From positions 1-64,000 of the forward strand of contig JAGTRB010000005.1 of NCBI GenBank assembly GCA_018396865.1: 64,000 nt of DNA, given 5' to 3'. The notes beneath the pieces are model-generated. The model was not told where the DNA came from and ran no database searches. It saw only the letters and a list, made by a program, of their open reading frames with translations. Source of the DNA: Candidatus Bathyarchaeota archaeon. GTDB taxonomy: Archaea > Thermoproteota > Bathyarchaeia > TCS64. Position numbers and translations under genes: made by a program. Below are positions 1-8,578 of this stretch, piece by piece (position 1 is the stretch's first letter; each line of letters opens with the position of its first letter).

Positions 1-322
1 CAGAGGCTCAACATCACAGAAGGCGCCTATAGAGAGGTTGACCGGGCTTGCTCTGACCGCAGTGTACAGGGAACTACGGTTCAGCTGGGGAGATGATCAT
101 AGAACACATGGGGCGGGAAAAGAGGCCATACCATACTCCCAGGCAGGGCAACAATAGATATAGTTATCCCTTGACCAAAAAGGCAAGAATCTAATATAGG
201 TACGAGGTGAAGCTAGGGGAGATTGAAAGTCATAAAGCCAGAAAGGCGGTTGAAACAATTTATGCCTATGGGATGCCGATAGCAAGACCTATAAGCATAG
301 TTTCTAATCCAGTGGAATTACA

Positions 323-407
323 GGATCACATAAGGGACTCAGTCCAGAGGAGCTACTCAACATAAGGATCACATAAGGGACTCGTCCAGAGGAGCTACTC
401 AACATAG
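323..407. repeat. Imperfect tandem duplication of a ~43-bp unit (ggatcacataagggactcagtccagaggagctactcaacataa) in non-coding DNA
   Basis: Two adjacent near-identical copies are visible at 323-365 and 366-407; the second lacks one A. There is no spacer, and no ORF covers the region. Confidence 0.8.
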
Positions 408-882
408 CTGAAAAAAGATGACACATTTTTCCCATAGTCTTACTCCATATACAAGTATGGGATTGAAGGGCTTCTGGTCATGGTCAGGCAGATTGTTGAG
501 GGGCTACTGATGAAGGGTAGGCCTAACCAGAAGAGATCATAGCCATACTTGAGGAGCACTTGAAGTGGATCAGGGAGATGGAAATTACAGGCCCCTCCTT
601 AGCTGACTTAGGTCTACTTGGAGATGGAATTAGAGGATAGAACATCTGAAGGGTTCTAAAGTTTCCTAACCTACTTGAACATCACGGCGGAAGGTGAGGG
701 AATGTTCATCGAGGAGGTGAGGTTTTATCTCGCCACCCCTCGGTCTGGACGATATGATCAAGAAGAGACCGTTAGTAGCTGTCTCTAAGCAATAAAAATC
801 CATAGTTCGATAGTTATTTTAGGGCTTAAAATCATTAAATGCTGGTAAAGTTGGGGTCTGAAGCCCCTTTGGAGAGGATGGG

Positions 883-1419
883 ATGGAGAGGAACGATACC
901 CTTGAGAAGATAAAGGGGGAGAGGGACCTCCTCGAGAGGCTGATGAGCCATATTCCGGGGTATAGAGGTTATAAGGAGAAGGAGCTGAGGAGGGAGAGCG
1001 ATAGGCTTGTGAGGATGGAGGCCGTGCAGAGGCTTAAGGCCTCCAAGGAGATCCTGAGGAGGAGGCTGGCGGATCCCTTTAGTGTCCGGAGGCTCTCGGC
1101 CGAGGATGCATGGAGGCTCGAAACCCTCTCATCTCATCTTGATAGGGTCACCCAGAGGATTGATAGAGCCATAGCTGGATACGCTGGGATATTCGACTCC
1201 GTGAAGGTGAGGGAGGATAAGCTTGAGAGGGTTCTGGAGCATGACCTCAGCCTCATCGAGATGACCGAGAGGGTGAGGGCTGAAATGGAGCGGGCCTCAG
1301 GCCTGGAGCCGGGGAGAGAAGGGTGGAGATCGGCTATAGATGGTCTAATATCAAAGATGGAGGAGCTAGATACCCTTGTGGAGAGGAGGGTTGAGATATT
1401 CAAGGGATTAGAGGCATGA
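883..1419 (+). CDS. Hypothetical charged coiled-coil protein (178 aa)
   Basis: Clean ORF with host-like codon usage. Heptad-like charged, helical sequence (ELRRESDRLVRMEAVQRLKASKEILRRR...). It is first in a same-strand trio with the SPFH and Spo0M-like genes. Confidence 0.6.
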   Translation: MERNDTLEKIKGERDLLERLMSHIPGYRGYKEKELRRESDRLVRMEAVQRLKASKEILRRRLADPFSVRRLSAEDAWRLETLSSHLDRVTQRIDRAIAGYAGIFDSVKVREDKLERVLEHDLSLIEMTERVRAEMERASGLEPGREGWRSAIDGLISKMEELDTLVERRVEIFKGLEA

Positions 1420-1486
1420 ACCCTTCAAAGGATAATGCTACTAAAATAGCGGAGATGCGGAGTTAAGAATGGAGAGGTGAAGATGG

Positions 1487-2524
1487 ATGCCTAAGGTTAT
1501 CGAGTGGAGGGATGCGAGGGAGGGGGAGCTGGTCTGGAGATATCCAGTCGATGAGATAGCCTGGGGGGACAACCTGATCGTTCACGAGTATGAGGCGGCG
1601 GTCTTCTTCAGGGATGGGAAGGCCTACGACGTCTTCAGGGCTGGAAGGCATGTCCTGACCACCGCTAACCTACCACTTATCACCAAGGTTCTATCCACCA
1701 TAGCGGGATTTGACAGGATCCCCTTCAGGGCCTCCATAGTATTCATCTCCCTCAAGCAGTTCTTGGGCAGGTTCGGAGCTCAGGGGCAGACCAAGGAGCT
1801 CGCCCCCCTGAAGTTCTATGGTAGCTTCTGGTTTAGGGTTGAAGACCCAAACCTCTTCGTGAATGAGGTTGTTGGAGGCCAGAGCTTATACACGACGGAA
1901 GGCCTCCAGAGCTTCCTGAGGGGTTACTTCAACGAGAGGCTTATAGACACCCTGAGCCAGTACTCCCTGGCTGAGGTGTATGGGAAGCTCGATGAGACGA
2001 GCCTCCTGACAAAAGGGTTCCTATATGAGGCCCTTTCAAGGATCGGCCTGGAGCTGATAGACCTGAAGTTCGAGGGGATAGACACAACCCCGGAGTGGAG
2101 GGACAGGATATTCTATTTGAGCACCGGTATAGGAGCCACGGAGGTCCTGAGGATGGAGACTGTCCAGAGGGCGGCCGAGAGCCTATCCAAGAGCCCAGGG
2201 GCAGCCGTAGGGGCTGGGATAGCCGTCATCCCACCTCTATTCCAGCAGCCTCCACAGGCCCAACCGATGATTCAATGCCCTAGATGCGGATTCCAGAACC
2301 CCGGATCCTCAAGGTTCTGCGGGAACTGCGGAGGCCAGCTCCAACCTGTGGCGGGAGGGGTTACCTGCACGAACTGCGGACACCTCAACCCACAGGGAGC
2401 GAGGTTCTGCATGGAGTGTGGGAGACCCCTAACCCAGACCCTCAAATGCCCGAGCTGTGGATCCGATGTCCAACGGGGGGCCAAGTTCTGCCCGAACTGT
2501 GGAGCCAAACTATCCCAGAACTAG
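1487..2524 (+). CDS. SPFH/Band 7_1-family protein (PF13421-like) with a C-terminal triple zinc ribbon
   Basis: The N-terminus VIEWRDAREGELVWRYPVDEIAWGDNLIVHEYEAAVFFRDGKAYDVFRAGRHVLTTANLPLITKVL matches the Band_7_1 consensus as I recall it. The C-terminus carries three CxxC-N-(R/K)FCxxCG units: CPRCGFQNPGSSRFCGNCG, CTNCGHLNPQGARFCMECG, CPSCGSDVQRGAKFCPNCG. Confidence 0.8.
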   Translation: MPKVIEWRDAREGELVWRYPVDEIAWGDNLIVHEYEAAVFFRDGKAYDVFRAGRHVLTTANLPLITKVLSTIAGFDRIPFRASIVFISLKQFLGRFGAQGQTKELAPLKFYGSFWFRVEDPNLFVNEVVGGQSLYTTEGLQSFLRGYFNERLIDTLSQYSLAEVYGKLDETSLLTKGFLYEALSRIGLELIDLKFEGIDTTPEWRDRIFYLSTGIGATEVLRMETVQRAAESLSKSPGAAVGAGIAVIPPLFQQPPQAQPMIQCPRCGFQNPGSSRFCGNCGGQLQPVAGGVTCTNCGHLNPQGARFCMECGRPLTQTLKCPSCGSDVQRGAKFCPNCGAKLSQN

Positions 2525-2597
2525 CTTCCTTCACTCCAATTTGAAGATTGGAGTGTGGGTCAACCTTAAATTAGCCTCGATATGAATCTCAAACTAG

Positions 2598-3215
2598 GTC
2601 TCGGGGGGAGGTTGGATATCCTTTCTTAGGAAGCTCAAGGATAAGTTCACCCCTCCAAAGGCCTCCGTCACCATAAGCCTGAAGAGAGAGAGCTTCAACC
2701 TGGGTGAGAACATCGAGGGCGTATTGAATATATCCTCGGAGGAGGATTTCGAGGCCACTGATATAAGATGCGAGATCAGCTGCGTGGAGTCGGCCAAGAA
2801 GACTAAGAGGGAGTACGACAAGGAGAAGGGGAGGGAGGTGGAGAGGGAGGTCTGGGAGTCTGTGACCCTATACTCGGCAAAGCCAACATTAAGAGGCGCG
2901 ACCAAGATTTATAGGGGATACAGGGAGGAGATCCCCTTCAGCATAGGCCTACCCCCAACGGGCAGGCCGACATACAAGAGCATAAATAACAACGTGGTCT
3001 GGAGCATAAAGGGGGTCATAGGGGTTGATGGGAGGCCCGACGTCGTAAGCAGAACCATCGAGATCCAGGTGGCCCAGCCAAGCCCAACGCCCGTTGTGAA
3101 GGAGGTCATAATAAAGGAGAAGGAGGTCGTCATGATACCATGCAAGTACTGTGGAACCCTCATGCCCCAGACAGAGACCGTCTGCCCCCACTGCGGGGCG
3201 AGAAGAACCGGATAA
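2598..3215 (+). CDS. Spo0M-like (arrestin-fold) protein with C-terminal zinc ribbon; the N-terminal start is unresolved
   Basis: From the stop at 2595 the frame reads VSGGGWISFLRKLKDKFTPPKASVTISLKRESFNLGENIEGVLNISSEEDFEATDIRCEI..., which is Spo0M-like. No ATG, GTG or TTG occurs before the TTG at 2724. An ATG at 2582 lies in the adjacent frame, separated from this frame by the G6 run at 2603-2608. The protein ends with CKYCG...CPHCG. Confidence 0.6.
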   Translation, partial: VSGGGWISFLRKLKDKFTPPKASVTISLKRESFNLGENIEGVLNISSEEDFEATDIRCEISCVESAKKTKREYDKEKGREVEREVWESVTLYSAKPTLRGATKIYRGYREEIPFSIGLPPTGRPTYKSINNNVVWSIKGVIGVDGRPDVVSRTIEIQVAQPSPTPVVKEVIIKEKEVVMIPCKYCGTLMPQTETVCPHCGARRTG

Positions 3216-3483
3216 AGCTCCACCGAGAACCACCGAAATTTGGAATAGGAGGCTTTTGAGAGGACGCCGCACTAAATCAATAGTTTTAATCCCACATCTC
3301 ATTTATAATTTATTTCTTAATTTTTATCACAATTAATTTCCAAATCTTTTCAGTTTTAATATATAGTGCCAGGGATTAGCACATGGCTTCAGGTGCCCAT
3401 CGGTACACTCGATGAATCCCCCTGAAGGATCCATCTCGATGAAGGGTTTTCAATTCAAACTGGCGAAATTCAAACCAGCGGGT

Positions 3484-3756
3484 TCACTGAGGCTTGATGC
3501 TCGGCTCTCCCGGCTTGGCCTTAAGCTCCGGAGGTATCTTCACGACCCTGACGATGTTCTGGGAGTTTATGAGGTATATCGGAGTCCCATCAGGGTTATA
3601 CTTCTTCAGCCTCTTCACGCCTATCAATACCAGCTTCACCTTCAGGAGGGAGCCATCCTCGAGCTGGTAGATGTTCCAGTGCTCCTCAACCTCCCTGAAG
3701 TCCAGGTCGACCCCCGAGGATATATCCTCGGGGGTCAAGGGGATCTGCACGGCCAT
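3484..3756 (-). CDS. Hypothetical small protein (90 aa)
   Basis: Its composition is more protein-like than the overlapping plus-strand ORF 3412-3774. I recognise no motif. Confidence 0.4.
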   Translation of the reverse strand: MAVQIPLTPEDISSGVDLDFREVEEHWNIYQLEDGSLLKVKLVLIGVKRLKKYNPDGTPIYLINSQNIVRVVKIPPELKAKPGEPSIKPQ

Positions 3757-3820
3757 ATCCCTTTCAACCTCTAATAAAAACTAGGGGAGAGGGGGGAGAT
3801 AAAGTTCTCCATCGATGCCC

Positions 3821-5062
3821 TTATGAAGCCTTCTTCATGGTGCAGACCTTGGCAGCTGTGAGGGCGAGGCTCCGAGCGCATATGAGCATCTCATCCACCC
3901 TCACATGCTTCTCAACCTCGTCTGGATATCCCCTCGGGCCGTAGAGGCAGCACTCTATCCCTGCCAGGGCGAGGTGGGCCGTATCGTTTCCGCAGTAGCT
4001 GTATGGCGGAACAACCCCTACCCTCTTGGGGTAGGAGCCCGTAACCTCCCTATGGCTCTCCTTGAGGAGCTGGACGACCTCGGCGTCAGGGCTCACGTTC
4101 ATGGGCGGCATGGGGTTGGCTGCGACCCTGAACTTTGGATTCACGGGGTACTCGAACTCGTATCTAAACTCGGGGTCCTCCCTCCTGATATCCTCTAGGA
4201 GCCCGACCACCTTCGAGTTGATCATCTCAGGGGTGAGGCCTGGTGGATACCTGAAGTCCACTATGATGGTGCAGAAGTCGGGTATGTTGTAGGGCCCGGC
4301 TAGGTCGTGGTCTCTACCCCTCCCCCCGATTATGCTTCCCACAACCCATCTAGGGGCTCCAGGTAGATCTGGGTCACTTACATCGAACTTTAGGCCCTTT
4401 AGCCTCTCCATCACCTTGATCATCTTCTGCAAGGCGTCTATGCTCTCCTCCATCCTGCTTATGTGCTCGCTCTTTCCGATCGTGTTTATGGCAAACTGGT
4501 GGACCCCGACGCACTTGGTCAATATGTTCTCGACGCTGTAGGGCTCTGGGACTATGGCCATATCGGCCAGCACCCCGCTCTTGACTAGGTGGATGGTTCC
4601 AACTCCTCCCTGGAGTTCACCGACGACGCATGCGACTATCAGGTCCCCCTCAAGCTCTATCCCAGAGTTTTTAACAGCCTTAGCTGCCACGGACATGGCT
4701 GCAACCCCTGACTTCATGTTATGGACCCCAGCCCCCCAGAGCCTGTTCCCCTCCCTCCTAGGCTGGAAGGGGTCCCACCTCCAGGACTCTGTCAATGGGT
4801 CTATGTCTAGGTGGCCATTGAACATCATGCTCCTCCCCCCTCCTCTCCCCCTAAGCCTGGCCACCACCTGCCTCCTCCCAGGCTGGACCTCCTGGACCTC
4901 CACCTCAAACCCCAAGTCCTCGAAGTAGTCCCTCATGAACATCGCGGCCGGGGTCTCCTGGGTGGTGAAGCTGGGTATCCTGACAAGCTCGGAGGCCAGA
5001 TCAACGACCTCCTCCTCCTTGACCAACCCAAGAATCTCACCCTTCAACTCATACCCTCCCAC
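3821..5062 (-). CDS. M20-family metallopeptidase (ArgE/DapE/LysK-type deacylase)
   Basis: FNGHLDIDP...WRWDPF...GNRLWGAGVHNMKSGVAAM is the M20 metal-binding and active-site pattern. Confidence 0.85.
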   Translation of the reverse strand: MGGYELKGEILGLVKEEEVVDLASELVRIPSFTTQETPAAMFMRDYFEDLGFEVEVQEVQPGRRQVVARLRGRGGGRSMMFNGHLDIDPLTESWRWDPFQPRREGNRLWGAGVHNMKSGVAAMSVAAKAVKNSGIELEGDLIVACVVGELQGGVGTIHLVKSGVLADMAIVPEPYSVENILTKCVGVHQFAINTIGKSEHISRMEESIDALQKMIKVMERLKGLKFDVSDPDLPGAPRWVVGSIIGGRGRDHDLAGPYNIPDFCTIIVDFRYPPGLTPEMINSKVVGLLEDIRREDPEFRYEFEYPVNPKFRVAANPMPPMNVSPDAEVVQLLKESHREVTGSYPKRVGVVPPYSYCGNDTAHLALAGIECCLYGPRGYPDEVEKHVRVDEMLICARSLALTAAKVCTMKKAS

Positions 5063-5113
5063 CTATAAGCTCGGCATTTCAGATTTAAGGGTGAGGAGAA
5101 AACTCATATCTGG

Positions 5114-6832
5114 ATGAGCCTCAACACCGAGGTGGCTGGGGTCCTCAGTGAGATAAGCGAGATCTATGCAGCCACGGGTGACCTCTTCAGGAGCAGAGCC
5201 TTCAGAACCGCTGCCCAGAGGATAGCATCCCTAACAGAGGATATAGGAGATGTACACGCCCAGGGTAGGCTCATGGAGATACCAGGAGTGGGGAGGAGCA
5301 TCGCATCCATCATAGAGGAGTACTTAGAGACGGGAAGCTGCTCCCTGCTTGAAGAGCTTAGGGAGTCGCTGCCTCCGGGGGTTCTGGAACTCATGCAGCT
5401 CGAGGGGGTCGGCCCCAAGACCGCCCTGAGATTGAATAGGGAGCTTGGGATAACCTCCATAGACCAGCTCGAGGCCGCGGCCAGGGAGGGGAGGCTAAGA
5501 GGGGTCAGGGGCTTCGGAGCCAAGACCGAGGAGAACATCCTCAAGGCGATAGAGGAGCATAGGAGCAGGCAGGAGCGCCACCTCCTAGGAGGGATCCTAC
5601 CCCTCATCCGAGGGATCACCTCCTACATGAGGGAGGATGAGGCCGTCATAGAGGTGGAGGCCGTGGGCTCGGCTAGGAGGATGGCTGAGACCGTTGGAGA
5701 TCTGGACATACTCGTCTCATCGGAGAAGCCTCTGAAGGTTGTGAAGCGCTTCATCTCCATGCCTAACGTCACTAGGGTGATATCGAAGGGGAGAATGAGG
5801 AGCACCGTAATCCTCGGGAAGGGGGTACAGGTGGACCTGAGGGTGGTCCCCCCCGAATCCTACGGGGCAGCCCTCCAGTACTTCACAGGCTCGAAGGAGC
5901 ACAACATAAAGCTCAGAACCATAGCCAAGAATAAGGGCCTAAAGCTGAGCGAGTACGGCCTATTCGAGAGGGAAACCGGGAGAAGGGTGGCGGGTGAGGA
6001 TGAGAAGGAGATATACCGCCATCTAGGCCTCAGCTGGATAGAGCCCGAGCTGAGAGAGGACCGGGGGGAGATAGAGGCCGCAGCGTCTGGGAGGCTCCCA
6101 AGGCTGGTTGGATATGAGGAGGTGAAAGGGGACCTCCACATCCACACGACATGGAGCGATGGAACCGGTACAATAGAGGAGATGGCGGATAAGGCGAGGA
6201 TGATGGGCTTGGAGTACATAGCCATCTGCGACCACTCGAAGACCCTCGGCATAGCTAGGGGCCTAGATGAGGAGAGGCTGAGGGAGCAGATGAGGGAGAT
6301 AGATAGGCTCAACGAGAAGCTGGAGGACTTCACCATCCTCAGGGGGGTTGAGTGCAACATCAAAGCAGACGGCAGCCTAGACCTCTCCAACTCGGTGCTC
6401 AGAGACCTCGACCTCGTTATCGCAGCAATCCACTCGGGATTCAAGTCGGATAAGGAGCAGATGACTCAGAGGCTGATAAAGGCCATCCACAACGATCATG
6501 TCTCAGCCATAGCCCACCCCACCGGGAGGATGATCCAGAGGAGGAAAGGATACCCACTAGACCTCGACAAAGTGCTGGAGGCTGCATCAAAGCAGGGGGT
6601 TATGATGGAGATAAACGCCTTCCCAGACCGGCTGGACCTGAACGAGTTAAACAGCAGAAAGGCAAAGGAGATGGGAGTATCCCTCTACATAGGGACAGAT
6701 GCCCACACACCCAACCAGATGGACTTCCTCCCCTTGGGAGTGGCCGTAGCGAGGAGGGGGTGGCTGGAGGCCGGAGATGTAGCCAACACCCTAGACGCCA
6801 GAGGCCTCCTTATGAGGATTAGAGGAGGCTAG
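5114..6832 (+). CDS. polX: DNA polymerase X family protein with C-terminal PHP phosphoesterase domain
   Basis: HhH motifs (GVGPKTALRL), a PolX palm region, and a PHP domain (HIHTTWSDGTGTIEEMADKARMMGLEYIAICDHS). Confidence 0.85.
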   Translation: MSLNTEVAGVLSEISEIYAATGDLFRSRAFRTAAQRIASLTEDIGDVHAQGRLMEIPGVGRSIASIIEEYLETGSCSLLEELRESLPPGVLELMQLEGVGPKTALRLNRELGITSIDQLEAAAREGRLRGVRGFGAKTEENILKAIEEHRSRQERHLLGGILPLIRGITSYMREDEAVIEVEAVGSARRMAETVGDLDILVSSEKPLKVVKRFISMPNVTRVISKGRMRSTVILGKGVQVDLRVVPPESYGAALQYFTGSKEHNIKLRTIAKNKGLKLSEYGLFERETGRRVAGEDEKEIYRHLGLSWIEPELREDRGEIEAAASGRLPRLVGYEEVKGDLHIHTTWSDGTGTIEEMADKARMMGLEYIAICDHSKTLGIARGLDEERLREQMREIDRLNEKLEDFTILRGVECNIKADGSLDLSNSVLRDLDLVIAAIHSGFKSDKEQMTQRLIKAIHNDHVSAIAHPTGRMIQRRKGYPLDLDKVLEAASKQGVMMEINAFPDRLDLNELNSRKAKEMGVSLYIGTDAHTPNQMDFLPLGVAVARRGWLEAGDVANTLDARGLLMRIRGG

Positions 6833-7476
6833 GTGAAAGGCCTCCTGAAGAGCCTCAGAAAGGCCTCTCTTCCCTTTCTCCATGTTGAAAGTATGCAGAA
6901 TAGTATCGATAGGGTGACTATGAGGGTGGAGGCATAGAAGCCTCCAACGGCGTCGGAGAGTCCCTCAAAGATGAATCCCCCAACCGCAGCTCCCAGCACG
7001 TATAAAATCATCTTTCCAACCCATTGAACCAGAATCACCCATCTGAGGGGGAGCCCACTGGAGCCGGATAGGAGGATCACAGGGGTATCGGGAAGAGGCG
7101 TCACAGAGACCAGAAAAACGGCTATGAGCCCATACCTCCTAATCCATGATTCCAACCCCCCACCACCTCCCCCACCAGCCGATTGGGCAATCCCCCTCCC
7201 GAGGTAGTAGGGCGCCAAGTTTCCAATGGATCCTCCCGAGCCGGATATGAGGCCGAGAAGGAGGGGATTATGCCTGGGTGTCAAGGAGAGAAACAGTGGC
7301 ACGAACAGATCCCGGGCCACTACAGTCATATGGCTTAGGGTGGTCACAATGAACAGGAAGAGTAGCTCCAGCTCCATGGGAGCCTCAAACCCAGCGAGCA
7401 CCCCCAGAAGGGAGACGGATGACAAAGCCACTATTGCCACCAAGATAAGGGTTCTATGGGGTTTGAGGCCTCCCAT
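6829..7476 (-). CDS. DedA/VTT (TVP38/TMEM64)-family membrane protein
   Basis: Multi-TM protein containing LLLGLISGSGGSIGNLAPYYLGRG...YGLIAVFLVSVTPLPDTPVILLSGSSGL, the VTT-domain pattern. It overlaps the polX stop by 4 bp, tail to tail. Confidence 0.7.
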   Translation of the reverse strand: MGGLKPHRTLILVAIVALSSVSLLGVLAGFEAPMELELLFLFIVTTLSHMTVVARDLFVPLFLSLTPRHNPLLLGLISGSGGSIGNLAPYYLGRGIAQSAGGGGGGGLESWIRRYGLIAVFLVSVTPLPDTPVILLSGSSGLPLRWVILVQWVGKMILYVLGAAVGGFIFEGLSDAVGGFYASTLIVTLSILFCILSTWRKGREAFLRLFRRPFT

Positions 7477-7531
7477 AAGGCCATCTTATGGATGATCTGA
7501 TTTATTAAAAGGTTGGCTCAATCCGTTATGG

Positions 7532-8503
7532 ATGCTGGACCCCATAGTAATGGGAGTGATCATATACGCATCCATGCTGATCATCCTATGCATCGGTTTC
7601 TCTCTGACATACATGCTTGAGAGGTTTCCAAACTTCGCCCATACCTCCCTCGCATCCGTGGGAACCATGCTCACCTATACCATGGTCCGCCTAAAGGGCT
7701 TAAACCCCTACCTCTCATGGCCTCTAATCTCCCTCCTTGGAGGGCTCCTCGGGATAGCCATATACATGCTCATCATAAGGCCGCTTCAGAGGGCGGGGTC
7801 CAGCGGGATAATGCTCTCCTTCGCCATGTTCGCCCTTTCCTTCATCATGAACTCAACGCTCTACATATACTCCTACTGGATCCTCATGAATTACGGCTTC
7901 AGGGCTGGAGGGTTCATCCTTAGGGCCTACGACTACCGCTTATGGGGTTATCCTGCCGTCTTTTTCACAGCCCCCCTGATCAGCATCATCCTCGTCTACT
8001 CCCTCCACCACTTCCTCACAAGGGTCAAGTTCGGGATAGCCCTGAGGGCGACCGTGGAGAACCCCGAGCTGGCCCAGTCCCTGGGCGTGAACGTCTTTCA
8101 CGTCCATCTAGCCTCCTGGTTCCTCACGGGGTTCACCTCAGCTCTTGCAGGCGCTGTTCTAAGCCTCTGGTCCCCGACGAGGCTTGACAGGTCAGATCAG
8201 CTCCTCATGAGCGTGATGGCTGGAAGCGTCCTAGGAGGACTCGAAAACCTATACGGAGCCATAGTTGGAGGATTGATCCTCGCCTTGGCCCAGATTATCC
8301 TGCCCGGGCTCCTGATAAGGATCTTCGGGGTCTGGATAGGGGGATATGAGCCCCTGGTCCCGATGCTGGTCATCATATTCACCCTCCTAATAGAGCCGAA
8401 CGGCCTGACGGGGTTCCTATCCGGAAGAGAGGGGACCCTCAGCGGGGTTCTCGGCCTCTTAAAAAGGCAACTCAACAGGGCCCAGATAAACCATAAAAGG
8501 TGA
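7532..8503 (+). CDS. ABC transporter permease, branched-chain amino acid (LivH/LivM) family
   Basis: 8-10 TM segments and Liv-type permease conservation. No ATPase or binding-protein gene is adjacent. Confidence 0.75.
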   Translation: MLDPIVMGVIIYASMLIILCIGFSLTYMLERFPNFAHTSLASVGTMLTYTMVRLKGLNPYLSWPLISLLGGLLGIAIYMLIIRPLQRAGSSGIMLSFAMFALSFIMNSTLYIYSYWILMNYGFRAGGFILRAYDYRLWGYPAVFFTAPLISIILVYSLHHFLTRVKFGIALRATVENPELAQSLGVNVFHVHLASWFLTGFTSALAGAVLSLWSPTRLDRSDQLLMSVMAGSVLGGLENLYGAIVGGLILALAQIILPGLLIRIFGVWIGGYEPLVPMLVIIFTLLIEPNGLTGFLSGREGTLSGVLGLLKRQLNRAQINHKR

Positions 8504-8578
8504 TTGCAAATAACGCCCTTGATACCGATTCACCTCTAACGGTTTTAAACATCTTGAACCTTCTCCAGATGATGAGCT

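Noticed and set aside
323-407. Possible CRISPR array
   Set aside because: Only two directly abutting copies with no spacer between them. This is a tandem duplication, not a repeat-spacer array, and no cas genes are in the window.
496-560. C/D-box sRNA candidate (UGAUGA at about 505)
   Set aside because: No CUGA D box at the appropriate distance, and no terminal stem.
3412-3774. Plus-strand 120-aa ORF
   Set aside because: Arg/Leu-rich composition typical of an antisense frame. The overlapping minus-strand ORF 3484-3756 looks more protein-like.
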